Shown piece by piece: positions 51,916-64,000 of a DNA stretch of 64,000 nt. Below the pieces are notes generated by a model. That model ran no database searches, was not told the DNA's origin, and worked only from the letters and a program-made list of their open reading frames with translations. Where the stretch lies: assembly GCF_004010195.1 (NCBI RefSeq), contig NC_057719.1, positions 81,333,132 through 81,397,131 on the forward strand. The letters run 5' to 3'. The position numbers and the translations under genes are program-made. The DNA is from Chiloscyllium plagiosum. Lineage: Eukaryota. The stretch's first letter is position 1, and the number at the start of each line of letters is the position of its first letter.

Positions 51916-53289
51916 ACTTGTAAAATACATGGAATGGATTAACATAAATCACAAAGAGAGAGTTCACTGCTCAAAACTTGTCTGTATGAATTTGTGTGGC
52001 TTGAATTTTACTTAAACTGATAACCAAATATAAAAAGAATGAAATATTCTTAAATTATAATGAAGTATTCAAAATGCTGAAGGCATAGCGTAAAGAGCAA
52101 ATTCCCTCACAAAATGCAGAAATGAAACAAACACAAAGACTTCGAAAAGAAGTTAGATGTACTGCACAGTTGTGTTTCTGCTTAGCTGCCCTTTATGATG
52201 CAGGTTCATTTCAGGATTATACACTACGGCCACTGAGTAGAATTGTCCTCTTGCAAAACTTGTTGTGATATTAGAAAAACAATCCTTTGATCAGAATGTC
52301 ACTATGTTTCATTGCTAGGGAGCACAATGCAAGTCAATATTGATAACTAAAATCGAATTACAAAATTCATCTAAAATCAAATACTTAGCCTCTTAATTTT
52401 AACTGAATATGTCTTAAAAAGACAGAAGATAATAAGTAATTTCATTGCATTGTTCAAACATTACAAGCTGCCTATTCTGTCATACACAAAGTTAAACACT
52501 TTTCAACAAAGTCCCGGTATACACTTTCTAGTTAAAAGAATTTTATTTCAACCAATCTCTCTTGAACACAGGTTTTCTGACTCAGAAGGTAGAGACACTA
52601 CCATCAAAGCCCCATAAGTAACTGTAATACAAGATACTAATTTACTAATCAATCTATACAACTGTGGAACGTGGGTCTCCTGGCTCATAGATAGATAAAC
52701 TATCTCTGCACCACAAGATATCTTTAACCTACCTGTTCAGATATGCTATGACAAGCATGAAAAAGACAAATCTAAATCTTCTTGACCCAGACATAGGGAT
52801 GCTACATCAAAGCCAGAAGAGCCCTCATTAGATCACATTTTTTGTTTGACTTGATACTTTTAACACCTAGGTATTTAGCATCCAGCAATTAGAAATTAGA
52901 CACTAATACCATAATACAAATCCAGCAAAATTAGCTTGGATATCTGCTATTCTCAATATAACAAAACAATATAACCAAGGATCAATTTACATTCAGTTGA
53001 ACAATCAAACATTCAATTCCAAAACCCCAAATTTAAATAAAAACAGTTCATTTCAGCAAGTGATGCAAGGGTCAGGTTTGACTCAGTAATCAATCTTCCT
53101 TGATCAAAAGCTTATTATTCACCATTTTCTGTTCATATGGTTATGAAGAACGCCATATTTCCCCCATTGTAAATGTAATCTTACAGCTGGATCTCCTTTT
53201 CCCTTCTTGCTACAGCTGCACTAAGATAGTAGGTGGGATACCAATCTAACAAGCTATTTTTCCTGAACAATGTTAAGATTCTTGAGTGT

Positions 53290-55600
53290 TTGAGCTGCAC
53301 TGATGCAGTCAAAGGACAGTAATCCATCACTGTCCTACCTTGTTGATTGTGGATGGACTGGAGAGTCTGGAGACTACTTTTGCCATAGACTTCTCAATCT
53401 GAACTGCTTGCATGGCTACAATATTTATTTGACTGTTCCAGTTAACATTTATGGTTAATGGAACTACCCAGAATGTTGATAGTAGCATTTAGCAATGGTG
53501 ATGCCATTGAATATTGAGAGATGATTACATTGTCTTGCTGGAGATGGCCATTGCCTGTCACTTAAGTGGCATGAAACATTCTCTGGTGCCTTTTTTAAAA
53601 ATTATTTGAGAGAGATCTGTGCATGGCTGAAGCTATCCATCAGCATACCATTTGCTGTGCACAGAGATCTTATCAGCTGCATAGAGAATAAATATTGGTG
53701 GCAAATAATATTTGCTCCACAAATTAGGGCGGCACGGTGGCACAGCGGTTAGCACTGCTGCCTCACAGCGCCAGAGACCCGGGTTCAATTCCCACCTCAG
53801 GCGACTGACTGTGTGGAGTTTGCACGTTCTCCCCATGTCTGCGTGGGTTTCCTCCCACAGTCCAAAAATGTGCAGGTCAGGCGAGTTGGCCATGCTAAAT
53901 TGCCCGTAGTGTTAGGTAAGGGGTAAATGTAGGAGTATGGGTGGGTTGCGCTTCGGCGGGTCGGTGTGGACTTGTTTCCACACTGTAATCTAATCTCATC
54001 TAATATCAATTCAAGCTTGAATATTATCCAGATCTTGCTGAACATCGACACAGACTGCCTCAGTATGAGGATACACAATTGGTAGTTTGCAATAGTCAGT
54101 GAACATCTGACTGCTAATCTTATAATGGAAGAGGAGAACTGCTGAAGCTGCTGATAATGATTGGGCCTAGGACACAAACCTGCAGTAATATCTTGCAACA
54201 AAGATGGCTGACGTTCAACAACCATAACCATCTTCATTTGTGCAAAGTGTGATTCTAACCACTGCCTCCAATTGTACTCAGGCTATATGATGCCATGTGA
54301 TCAAATGTTTCTTAAGGCCAACAGCAATCACTACCCAAGTGTTACAATAGTACTATTGATGATACTTTGTTGTGATGATTGAGAATAGACTGATGAGGCA
54401 GTACGCCAAATTGGATTTGACCTATTTGTGGACAGCCTAACTAGGCAATTTTCAGTTCGTAGTTAGCACTACTACTAGGTTAATAGTAGTCACATCTGTA
54501 CCTAATTGTACTAGTGCTAATTCTAGAACCCTAGTTTTCAAAATGACTGCTGGGATTTTCTACAGGTACATAGTCTTTGTTGCATCCAGTGTCTTCAGCC
54601 ATTTCTTGATATCATGGAGACAATAAATTGGCTTAAGACTGCCATGTGTTATGCTGGGAACTTCAAAAGATGAAGATCGATAATCCATTCAACATTTTGG
54701 CTAGAGGTAACAAATGTTTCTGCCTCTACTTTTGTGATGATTTGCTGGGCTCCCCTGTAATTGAAGATGTGGGTTTATAGAGAATGCTCCATCATTTATG
54801 ACCAGATATTGCAGACGTACAGAGCTTAGATTTGATTCATTGGTTGTGATGGCTTCACTCAATGCTTTCACCGTTTGGCATGCCAGTGGACCAATGTTGC
54901 AGCTAGATCATTTTGACATTGTTTTTAGGTATACATGATATTGCTCCTAGCATGTTCTCCTGCACTCTCCATTAAACCAAGATTGAGCACTTAGTTAGAT
55001 GGTAATTGCAAAATATTATGCACCAGACCATGATCTGAAGTTCTGCTAATGGTGCACAGTTGACACCCAGTTGAGTTTCTAGATCTGTTCTGAATCAAAT
55101 ATTGAGGCTGTGCACAATACTAGTACCACATAATACAATGGAGAGTATTCTCAGTGTGAAGTTCAGACATTCCATATCCAAGGACTGTTGTGGACAGATG
55201 CATCTGCAATATTTTGATGACAAGGTCACATAGGTTTTTTCCCTTTTCCTGGTTTCCTCACCACTTGCTGCAGGCCCAGTCCAGTACATGTGCCCTTCAG
55301 GGTTTGGCTAGCTCAATCAATAATGATACTGCCTACTCACTCTTAGGTGACACACAGTGAAGCCCCCCTCAGAGTTTATTCTATTCCTTTGCCAACTTCA
55401 GAGCTCTTCCAAGAGGTGTTCAACCTGAAAGAATACTGACTGATAAGGTCAGGGATATCAGTAGTAAGTAATCAGTAGGAGGTTACCATGGTATAAAGAC
55501 CTGATGCTTTGATATTTCATGAAGCCAGTAGTCAACGTTGAGAACACCCAGCAATTCCCTACCTGTATAACATTGTGCCACCACCATTTGTTGGACTGTC
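53290..55600 (-). mobile_element. Highly decayed CR1/L2-group LINE
   Basis: Patchy reverse-complement similarity to 9463-10500. Confidence 0.55.
53727..54004 (+). mobile_element. HE1-like V-SINE (young, CpG-retaining)
   Basis: gggcggcacggtggcacagcggttagc A-box region, gggttcaattccc B-box, V-core, (taatc)n tail. Confidence 0.92.
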
Positions 55601-58127
55601 TGGACTTTAACTGTGAAATGTTTTGTTAAATCTGGATAATGAATAATGAAAATCATTACTCTTTTTCAGGCAACAGAATTATCAAAACAAATTGATTTTC
55701 CTCGTGGGATTCAACATTGCTTGACAAACATCTCTGTTTTGACTGCTGAGAGTTGCAACTAGCCTGTAATTTTTTTAAAAATCCAAACAAATAGTAAATC
55801 CTGGAGAATAAAGTGTTGGTAATCATAAACAATCTTTGGTCAGTGAGGAATTGGTATCTTTTAACAAAGTACATTTATCTAAAAAAAATTGCGCCTCCTC
55901 AAGTTTGTCAGCTTGGCTGCATGGTGTGCGCCATGCAGCGCATCTTCCTATTTACCAGCATGCATCTGAAACTAGGAGACAATAGATCATCTGGGATTTA
56001 TTCACTAATGAGGCAAGAGCATTTAAAAAAAACATGCTTCTCTCAACTTCCAGAGGCATAACATTCAGGCATGATAAACCAACAAATGATTATAACTCCA
56101 AAATTGGCAGAATTCTGTGCTTAAAGCATCAGTTGTCTGTGGGCAATACAGAATTCAAATAATTTAAATAATCCTGACCTAACTGGCAATTGCTGACAAA
56201 GGAGATACTGTTTTTCTATTTCAGCCACTTTAGTAAACCATTCATCCACTCATGGTTGTTTTGCTAGTATTCAGTTGTTTCTTAATTTCTGTTACTCAGA
56301 AACATATGAAGGAATATGGAATGAACAAAAATCCATCAACTTCAGAGGTTCCAACTATTCCAGCAATGTTTCTGGTGAGTCAAAAATACAGAAACTTAAT
56401 AAGCACAATACAAAGATTTGCTTCGGTATAATGGCTTCATAATAGACTGCAAATATTACAAATTTCAACCCAGTGAAGTATGAAACAAATTGCGTTCTGA
56501 GACCTGAATTTCACAGTCACGTTTCTTGGTTACACTGCTACAAAATGGATCATCCTTAAGAGGACTGAAGTGATCATTCACAAAAACAAATGCACAAAAG
56601 AATCACATGCACAGTTCATTCAAGAGGTATAGTTAAATATTCACTAGTTTTGAGTGTTTAACTCTATGTTGTAACATTCAACTCAAAAGTTAAATAGTAG
56701 TCTCCATCCAAAAAATTTTAAACATGCGCATTAACAGTCAAAAAAAATTATTTTGCAAAGGCCGATCACTGCTAATGTTTGAAGAAAAATGAAACCCAAG
56801 AACATCAACCAATATTTTCTTTCTGCTCCAACTGGTGTATCTTATGGCTACTGACTGAACTACTAACTATTTTAAAGTTAGATTAGCACTGAATTTTTTT
56901 CTTTTGGTCAGTGGAAAGGAATCCATATTGCTCAATACAGTCACTGTACGAACAAAATGTACCACAGCAGTTTCTATAAATTCTGTCCTCTATTTTGGAC
57001 TTGCAAGTGCCACTTAAACCCGGCTAAGTGATAAATGTCTTGTGTTCAAGACTTCACGCAGAGTTTGTACAAGTTATCAAGGTCGACACTGAAGAGTACT
57101 AAATTGTTCAAAGTACATCTATAAGCACCTATTGCCTGCTCAGGAGATAAAACATTACTTCTGGCATCATTCACCCCTCAGCATTAATACAGTTTAGATT
57201 ATGCAGTCATTCAATTTGTTTTTTATTTGGCAATACATATTGTATACAAACAGCACTTATCTTTTTAACAAAAGATTCTAGACTTCAATTTATTAACAAA
57301 CTGCCTCAGAATATCATAAGCATATGAATGGCACTATATAAATGCAAGCTACTTAGGTCTTTAGTGAATTATTGCAGAATACCAAGACATTCAATTAAAA
57401 TTATCTTCAAAATACTGGCAAGTATGACTACAAAAATGTGACTATTGCACTTGTGGTAAACTGCTGGAACACTATGAGAGGCAGTTACAGATCTGAGCAT
57501 TACTAAGTGGTAAAAATTGAGTTCCCTGATTTAATTGCCAAGGTGATTTAAAAATAAATATGCAAGTTTGACCAAAAAGTCTGTTATAATCAAAAAGCCT
57601 CCTTTCCCAGTCGTAATTCACACTGCATGGTAGCAAAGCAACAGACATTTCTAAGAGGTGTTTACTCTGGACTAAATGTATTTGAAAACATTAATGTACA
57701 AGAAAACAGTAAAAAATGAGAAAATGCCCATTAATTGTTCCAATCAGACTACACACCTTGTGCCAGCATTAATTTGCATACTTTCAAATTCCAGTTGGCT
57801 CAGCAAAATTAACAGTTAAGAACTGAGCCAATTGACCTAGAAGGTTAGATGTTTGCCTCCAATTTGATCTCAGGTAGCTGGTAATAACACAAAGTGATTG
57901 GGTTTCTACCAGTTTTGACAGGCCTCAATTTGGAAAGGGTAGGTGGAAAAGGAATGGTTCCATGGACTAGCTTTAATTTTCTTATTATGTCAGTAAGGAA
58001 TTTTCCAGAGCTATTTTTAATCCTCATTCTGGTACTTTTTCTTTCCTATCTTTCCTGCGAGAGTACATAGCTGAGAGGGCAGACACGCAGCATGTTGACA
58101 TTACATTCCAGGCATCGTGAATTGAGC

Positions 58128-58222
58128 AGAGTCAAAACATCTGGTGCTGGAAAAGCACAGCTGGTCAGGCAGCATCTGAGGAGCAGGAGAGTCAATGTTT
58201 TGAGCATGTGCTCTTCATTATG
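58128..58222 (-). mobile_element. Decayed PLE family B pLTR fragment
   Basis: ggtgctggaaaagcacagctggtcaggcagcatctgaggagcaggagagtc.., similar to 44615-44695. Confidence 0.7.
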
Positions 58223-59719
58223 GGAAATAGGCAGGTAAAGACCAGTTTGTTTTCATTTTCAAATTGTGTATTGACTGATATCTGGTGATCCCCAAAGGTG
58301 ACAATGCCAATATTTGGTTACAATAGCTTTAAGCTACCAATCAGAAATTACAGTAGTGACAATGACAATCAGATATCAGGGAGTAATCAACACTTGAATC
58401 ATAGTCCAGCAATAAAGTCAATATCTTCAGGAAAAAGTGAAAAGATTAACAGAGAAATCAAGAAAATGAGACTATGGTTTTCTAATCCAGTCTGATTATT
58501 CAAAGCATAGCAGAGTAACTGATAAAATTGGACTCCTTATAGTGCGTTTTACAATACTGAACATAGCTTCACACTATTTATGTTTCTTTTACTTCATGGC
58601 TGAAATATATGCAGTTATGGGCAGTCACTTCTATCTATTAATACCTCCCAGTCCAGGTGTAGGGGCACTATCACCATGCCACAAGCAGGCCTGACAGTTA
58701 CTTCCACTTTAATATTCCATGTTGAATGCACTTAGTGTATTGTGACCACTTACACAGCTTTTTTTTCAAATACTACATCTGATGTTAGCAGCAACCAAGT
58801 ATAAACGTGGAGTTCTGCTCTAACATAATTTTCGGCTGCTGAGAACATCCAATGCACAAAAAGCTAAATAGTTAGTGAACATTTCACAATAATATATTTA
58901 AGGCTCATTATATTTCCATTTGGCAATGTTATTCAAGCACTTCTAAATTTATGACAGTGAGAAGGAAATACCCAAGTGTTCAAAGCAACTGTTTAGCACA
59001 GATTGTTGACATACTCTCCCCTTCAGCACTGCCTGCTAATTGATAGTACTTTACGTGGATTGTGATTGTGCTTTCTGCATCAGTCACTAACATTTCAATT
59101 TGCTCTTTTGCAAATCAACCACTGCAGCATAATATCAGAGTTACAGATCTGAAAATATAACAAAGCTTCAGAAAATATCTTGCAGGAAAAAACATTTGGG
59201 CCACAGTTACACTCCAAATCTTTTAAACATTGATCTTCACATGATGAACACAACTACACACCTGGAGTGATCAATTTTACACCGCGTTGATTTGTTTCAC
59301 TCTGTAAGATTATCTTTAAAAGTTAACAACATCAGTTTGTGGATATTCGTAAACTGACGTTTAGCCCCTGTTATTAAGTTAAATCTGTGTTGCCCAAATT
59401 CAACAGGTTCCCAATGAAAAAAAACATGCTTCTGAGAAGGTATTACTGGACCCATTGTTGCGACAAGGATCAAGATTTTAGACATTTGACTGCGGTTGGA
59501 CTCCAAACGCACGCCGATAAATTCCAATACAATATGACACTTTCAGTCTTCCAGTCAACTCCTCTTCTTACCTATCTTTGTCACTTCTCCCAATCTGCAG
59601 CCTTTATCCTACTTTAACTATGTCAGCTGTTTCCCAACTTCTACCTCCTCATTCTCTACCCCCATCCTGCATCCACAACCGCTCTAACCCATTCCTCTGC
59701 CAGCCTTACCATACCCTGC

Positions 59720-60360
59720 CAGCTTTACCTCCGCGGCTCAAACCCATGCCACGCATTGCGCCGTCCCGGCCACGACTCCGCCGTAGGAGCTGCCGCCAGC
59801 CCTTTTCCCTTTGCCCGTGCCAGCCCTCCTGCCCGCTGCCAGCGTCAACAGGAGCTGCAAGCGCCCGCCCGCCCCGCTTTGGTTTCGCCAGCCTTGCCCG
59901 GAGACGACTCCGCTTTGTACCTGGGTATGCAGCTGGGCGATGAGCCGTCTATCTCCCAGGTGGCGAAGAGGTTCATCGGCACCGGCTTGTTGAGACCGGA
60001 CGAGCCGGTGAAGCTGAGTCTCCCTTTCTCGGCCATGCTGAGTGTGTCAGTGCCCGATGTGCATGCTGTGTGAGTACCGCTATCCGATCCGTCCCCCTCT
60101 CCCTCTCTCTCTCTGACACAGACGCCGCTACGGCTGCTCCACTGCGGCACTGGGACAACCCACCGGAAACTACGTCACGGACCGGGCACGCGCTGACGTC
60201 GCCTCCCCGCCGCCTCGTGCACAACCGTCGTCCCGATTCGAAGCAGATGAGCGGCTCGAGCTTCCATTCTCCTGCCCCCAGTGCAACCCACTCCAAATGC
60301 CTGCCGCGTTGCAACTGTCACCCCTCCATGGGAATCCGCCCCTATCAGTTGGTGCCCACT
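59720..60360 (-). promoter_or_regulatory. CpG island / PACS2 promoter and 5' region
   Basis: Sharp GC and CpG enrichment against a CpG-poor background; CRE-like GTGACGTA (60171-60178, minus) and TGACGTC (60194-60200); ETS-like CCGGAA (60163-60168); GC box (~60336-60341). Confidence 0.85.
59921..60036 (-). CDS. PACS2: Phosphofurin acidic cluster sorting protein 2, first coding exon
   Basis: [38 protein letters not shown](R) closely matches the vertebrate PACS2 N-terminus as I recall it ([31 protein letters not shown]); strong Kozak agcATGG; phase-2 donor AG|gtacaa at 59920. Confidence 0.93.
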
Positions 60361-60804
60361 CTCTCACCTCCGAGATCTCAGACAGGGTAATGCAAGGTAG
60401 GAACCTTCCAGCAAGTATTTAGAGGAGCACTCAAAGCGATCGCTCCCTCACTCCACATACGCTGCTGAGTTTCTCCAGCAAAGTCAAATCGTATCAGTCG
60501 AAGTATCTGCGAGCCAAGTGCTGCAAAGTGAGATTGGAACAGATAAATGACCACGATGGCCTGAAGGGCCTCTTTCCGAGTTCTAAAATTTCTATGGCTG
60601 CCTGCCAGACACATGAGGACATCATCTCAGTCGAAAATCCCCAGTGTAGTTGTAACTGGGGGGTTGCTACACTGCTGGGACAAAGTGCTCCCTACTTGCT
60701 CAGGGATGGTGTAAAAGATCCCAGGACGCTATTTGGGAAAGAAGCAGTATCATGAGAAGAGATATATTGAAATGGCACATAATCTGGTTACTTTTTGTGG
60801 GCTC

Positions 60805-63750
60805 TAGCTTTACGTAGGTGCAGGAAGCAAGGATTTAAATTCTTGGATCGCTGGGGTATGTTTTGCGGTAGGGATAAATTATACAAGAGGCATGGGTTGC
60901 ACCTTAATAGGTGGGGGACCAGCATTTTGGCAGGCAGGTTGCCACTGCAGCACGTGTGTTTAAACTAAGTAGTGGGGAGGGGAGGGGACAAACTTGAAAT
61001 TTAAGAAGATTGTTGAAGGGAAAGTGAGAATAAGAGAAGTTAGGAGACACAACAGAATCAATGGAGCAGAAAACTCAAGAAGGGATCATACAGTATGGAT
61101 CAGTGGTGCTGGAAGAGCACCTGATGAAGGGCTTTTGCCTGAAACGTCGATTTTGCTGCTCGTCGGATGCTGCCTGAATTGCTGTGCTCTTCCAGCACCA
61201 CTGATCCAGAATCTGGTTTCCAGCATCTGCAGTCATTGTTTTTACCTCTTTTTACATCATACAGTATGGTCAAGTGAAATAGGGATTGATAGGAAGGGTG
61301 AGGGGAGTAACAAATTAGGAATATTATATATGAATGCACGAAGCATAAGAAATAAGGTGGATGAGCTTGAGGCTCAGTTGGAAATTGGCAGATACGATGT
61401 TGTGGGGATAACTGAGACATGGCTTCAAGTAGACAGGGCCTAGGAAATGAATATTCAAGGCTATTCGTGCTATTGAAAGGACAGACTGACAGGCAGGTGG
61501 GTGGGGTGGCCCTGTTGGTGAGGAATGATATTCAGTTCCTTGCGCGGGAGACATAGAATCAGAAGATGTGGAGTCTGTATGGATAGAACTGAGAAATTCT
61601 AAGGGTAGAAAGACCCTAACGGGAGTTATCTACAGGCCCCCAAACAGTAGTCTAGACGTTGGGTGCAAGATGAATAAGGAGTTGAAATTAGTCTGTCACA
61701 AAGGTATTACTACAGTTGTTATGGGGAATTTCAACATGCAGGTCGACTGGGAGAATCAGGATGGTATTGGATCCCAAGAAAGGGAGTTTGTGGAGTGCCT
61801 TCGAGATGGATTCTTAGAACAGCTTGTACTGGAACCTACCAGGGAGAAAGCAATTCTGGATCTGGTGTTGTGCAATGAACTGGATTTGATCAGCGACCTC
61901 AAAGTAAAGGAGCCATTATGAGGTAGTGACCATAATATGATAAGTTTTAATCTGCAATTTGAGAGGGAGAAGGAAGAATCGGAACTGTCGGCATTGCAGT
62001 TGAACAAAAGAAACTGTGGAGCTATGAGGGAGGAGCTGGCCAAAGTTCAATGGTTCAATACCCTAGCAGGGATGGCAATGGGACAACAATGGCAGGTATG
62101 TCTGGATATAATACAGAAGGTGCAGGATCAGTTCATTCCAAAGAGGAAGAAAGATCCCAAAGGGAGGCAGGGGCGGCCATGGCTGACAAGTGAAGTTAAG
62201 CACTGTATAAAGATAAAAGAAAAGTATAATGTAGCAAAGATGAGCGGGAAGCAGGAGGACTGGGAAACTTTTAAAGAGCAACAGAGGATAACTAAAAAGG
62301 CAATACATGGAGAAAAAATGAGGTACGAAGGCAAACTGGCCAAAAAATATAAAGGAGGATAATAAAAGCTTTTTTAGGTATGTGAAAAGAAAAAAAAATG
62401 ATTAAGACTAAAATTGGGCCCTTGAAGACAGAAATGGGTGAATTTATTATGGGGAACAAGGAAATAGCAGAAGAGTTGAATAGGTACTTTGGATCTGTCT
62501 TTATTGGGGAAGACACAATCAATCTCCCAGATGTAATAGTGGCTGAAGGACCTAGGGTAATGGATGAACTGAAAGGAATTTATGTTAGGCAAGAACTGGT
62601 GTTGGATAGACTGTTAGGTCTGAGGCTGATAAGTCCCCGGGACATGATGGTCTGCATCCCAGGGTACTTAAGGATGTGGCTCTAGAAATCGTGGCTCTAG
62701 TAATCATTTTCCAATGTTCTATCAATTCAGGATCAATTCCTGCGGATTGGAGGGTGGTTGATGTTGTCCCACTTTTCAAGAAGGGAGGGAGAGAGATAAA
62801 ACAGGGAATTATAGACTGCTTAGCCTGACGTCAGTGTTGGGAAATATGCTGGATGCAATTATAAAGGATTAAATTATTTGGATAGCAGTAACAGGATAGG
62901 TCAGAGTCAGCACGGATTTACGAAGGGGAAATCATGCTTGACTAATCTTCTGGAAGTTTTTGAGGATGTAGCTATGAAGATGAACAAAGGAGAGCCAGTG
63001 GATGTAGTGTATCTGGACTTTCATAAAGCCTTTGATAAAGTCCCACATTGGAGGTTAGTGAGCAAAATTAGGGCACATGGTATTGGGGGAAAAGTACTGA
63101 CTTGGATTGAAAATTGGCTGACTGACAGGAAGCAAAGCGTAGTGATAAACGGATCCCTTTCGGAATGGCAGGTGGCGACCAGTGGGGTACCACAAGATTC
63201 AGTGCTGGGACTGCAGCTGTTAACAATATACATTAATGATATAGATGAAGGCATTAAAAGTAATATAAGAAAATTTGCTGATGACAAAATTGGGTGGCAG
63301 GGTGAAATGTGAGGAGGATGCTATGAGAATACAGGTGACCTGGACAGGCTAGGTGAGTGGATGGATGCATGGCAGAAGCAGTTTAATGTGGATAAATGTG
63401 TGGTTATCCACTTTGGTGGCAAGAACGGGAAGGCAGATTACTATCTAAATGAAGTCAAGTTAGGTAAAAGGGAAGTACAACGAGATCTAGGTGATCTTGT
63501 GCATCAGTCAATGAAAGTAAGCATGCAGGTACAGCAGGCAGTGAAGAAAGTTAATGGCATGCTGGCCTTCATAATAAGAGGAATTGAGTATCGGAGCAAA
63601 GAGGTCCTTCTGCAGCTGTACAGCTGGTGAGACCACACCTGGAGTATTGTGTGCAGTTTTGGTCTCCAAAATTGAGGATGGACATTCTGGCTATTGAGGG
63701 AGTGCAGCGTAGATTCACGAGGTCAATTCCCAGAATGGCGGGATATCATA
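60805..63750 (+). mobile_element. Long CR1 pseudo-element: ORF1 esterase C-terminus, ORF2 endonuclease and RT
   Basis: LYKRHGLHLN (DGLHL-like SGNH motif), YMNARSIRNK, VGITETWL, YRPPNS, LDFHKAFDKVPH, SGVPQ and KFADD. Confidence 0.95.
61099..61255 (+). mobile_element. ~157-bp mini-PLE (family B variant) with hammerhead motif at 61121-61148, inserted in CR1
   Basis: 14-bp TSD atcatacagtatgg (61085-61098 / 61256-61269); CTGATGA-A-GGGC-tttt-GCCT-GAAAC-GTC; 25-bp inverted arm. Confidence 0.88.
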
Positions 63751-63751
63751 T

Positions 63752-64000
63752 TGAGTTTTGAGAAGATTTGTAGCTCAGGTTGAGGTTCTGGATGTAGGTT
63801 TGCTCGCTGAGCTGGAAAGTTCATTTCCAAGTGTTTCGTCACCCTACTGGGTAACATCTTCAGCGGGCCTTCAGGCGAAGCACTTGATAATTCCTGCTTT
63901 CTATTCATATGTTTGGGTTTCTTTGGGTTGGTGATGTCATTTCCTGTGGTGACATCATTTCATGTGGTGATGCCATTTCCTATTCTTTTTCTCAGGGGGT
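63752..64000 (-). mobile_element. PLE family A pLTR with tail (runs off the window), hammerhead motif at 63830-63863
   Basis: Reverse complement of 40620-40817; ccg-CTGAAGA-T-GTTACC-cagtag-GGTGAC-GAAAC-act (cleavage triplet mutated). Confidence 0.88.

Noticed and set aside
53727..53800. tRNA-like sequence with A and B boxes
   Set aside because: It is the head of a V-SINE, continuing into the V-core and LINE-like tail; not a tRNA gene.
59578..60390. Several GC-rich ORFs on both strands
   Set aside because: By-products of the CpG island (few stop codons); only the PACS2 frame matches a known protein.

Overview
Eukaryotic (vertebrate) genomic DNA, most likely from a cartilaginous fish (shark). 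This is inferred from HE1/V-SINE-like SINEs and abundant CR1 LINEs. The only host protein-coding sequence I recognise is the first coding exon of PACS2 (minus strand, 60036-59921), which lies in a CpG island. No exon 2 was found, so everything to its left (>59 kb) appears to be PACS2 intron 1. That intron is filled with decayed CR1/L2-type LINEs, SINEs, two related solo LTRs and many Penelope-like element (PLE) copies from at least three families. Nearly all ORFs in the track are TE fragments or noise. The most interesting signal is RNA-structural. The PLE pseudo-LTRs carry minimal type-I hammerhead ribozyme motifs (CUGANGA-N-helix II-GAAA-C-GUH, with an ACGU palindrome in place of helix III) and show compensatory base-pair changes between copies. 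Several very short (137-580 bp) ribozyme-plus-tail insertions have 13-15 bp TSDs, and two fold back exactly at ribozyme helix II. Two intact cores lie in the PACS2 sense orientation. TE boundaries without TSDs are approximate, and all alignments were done by eye.
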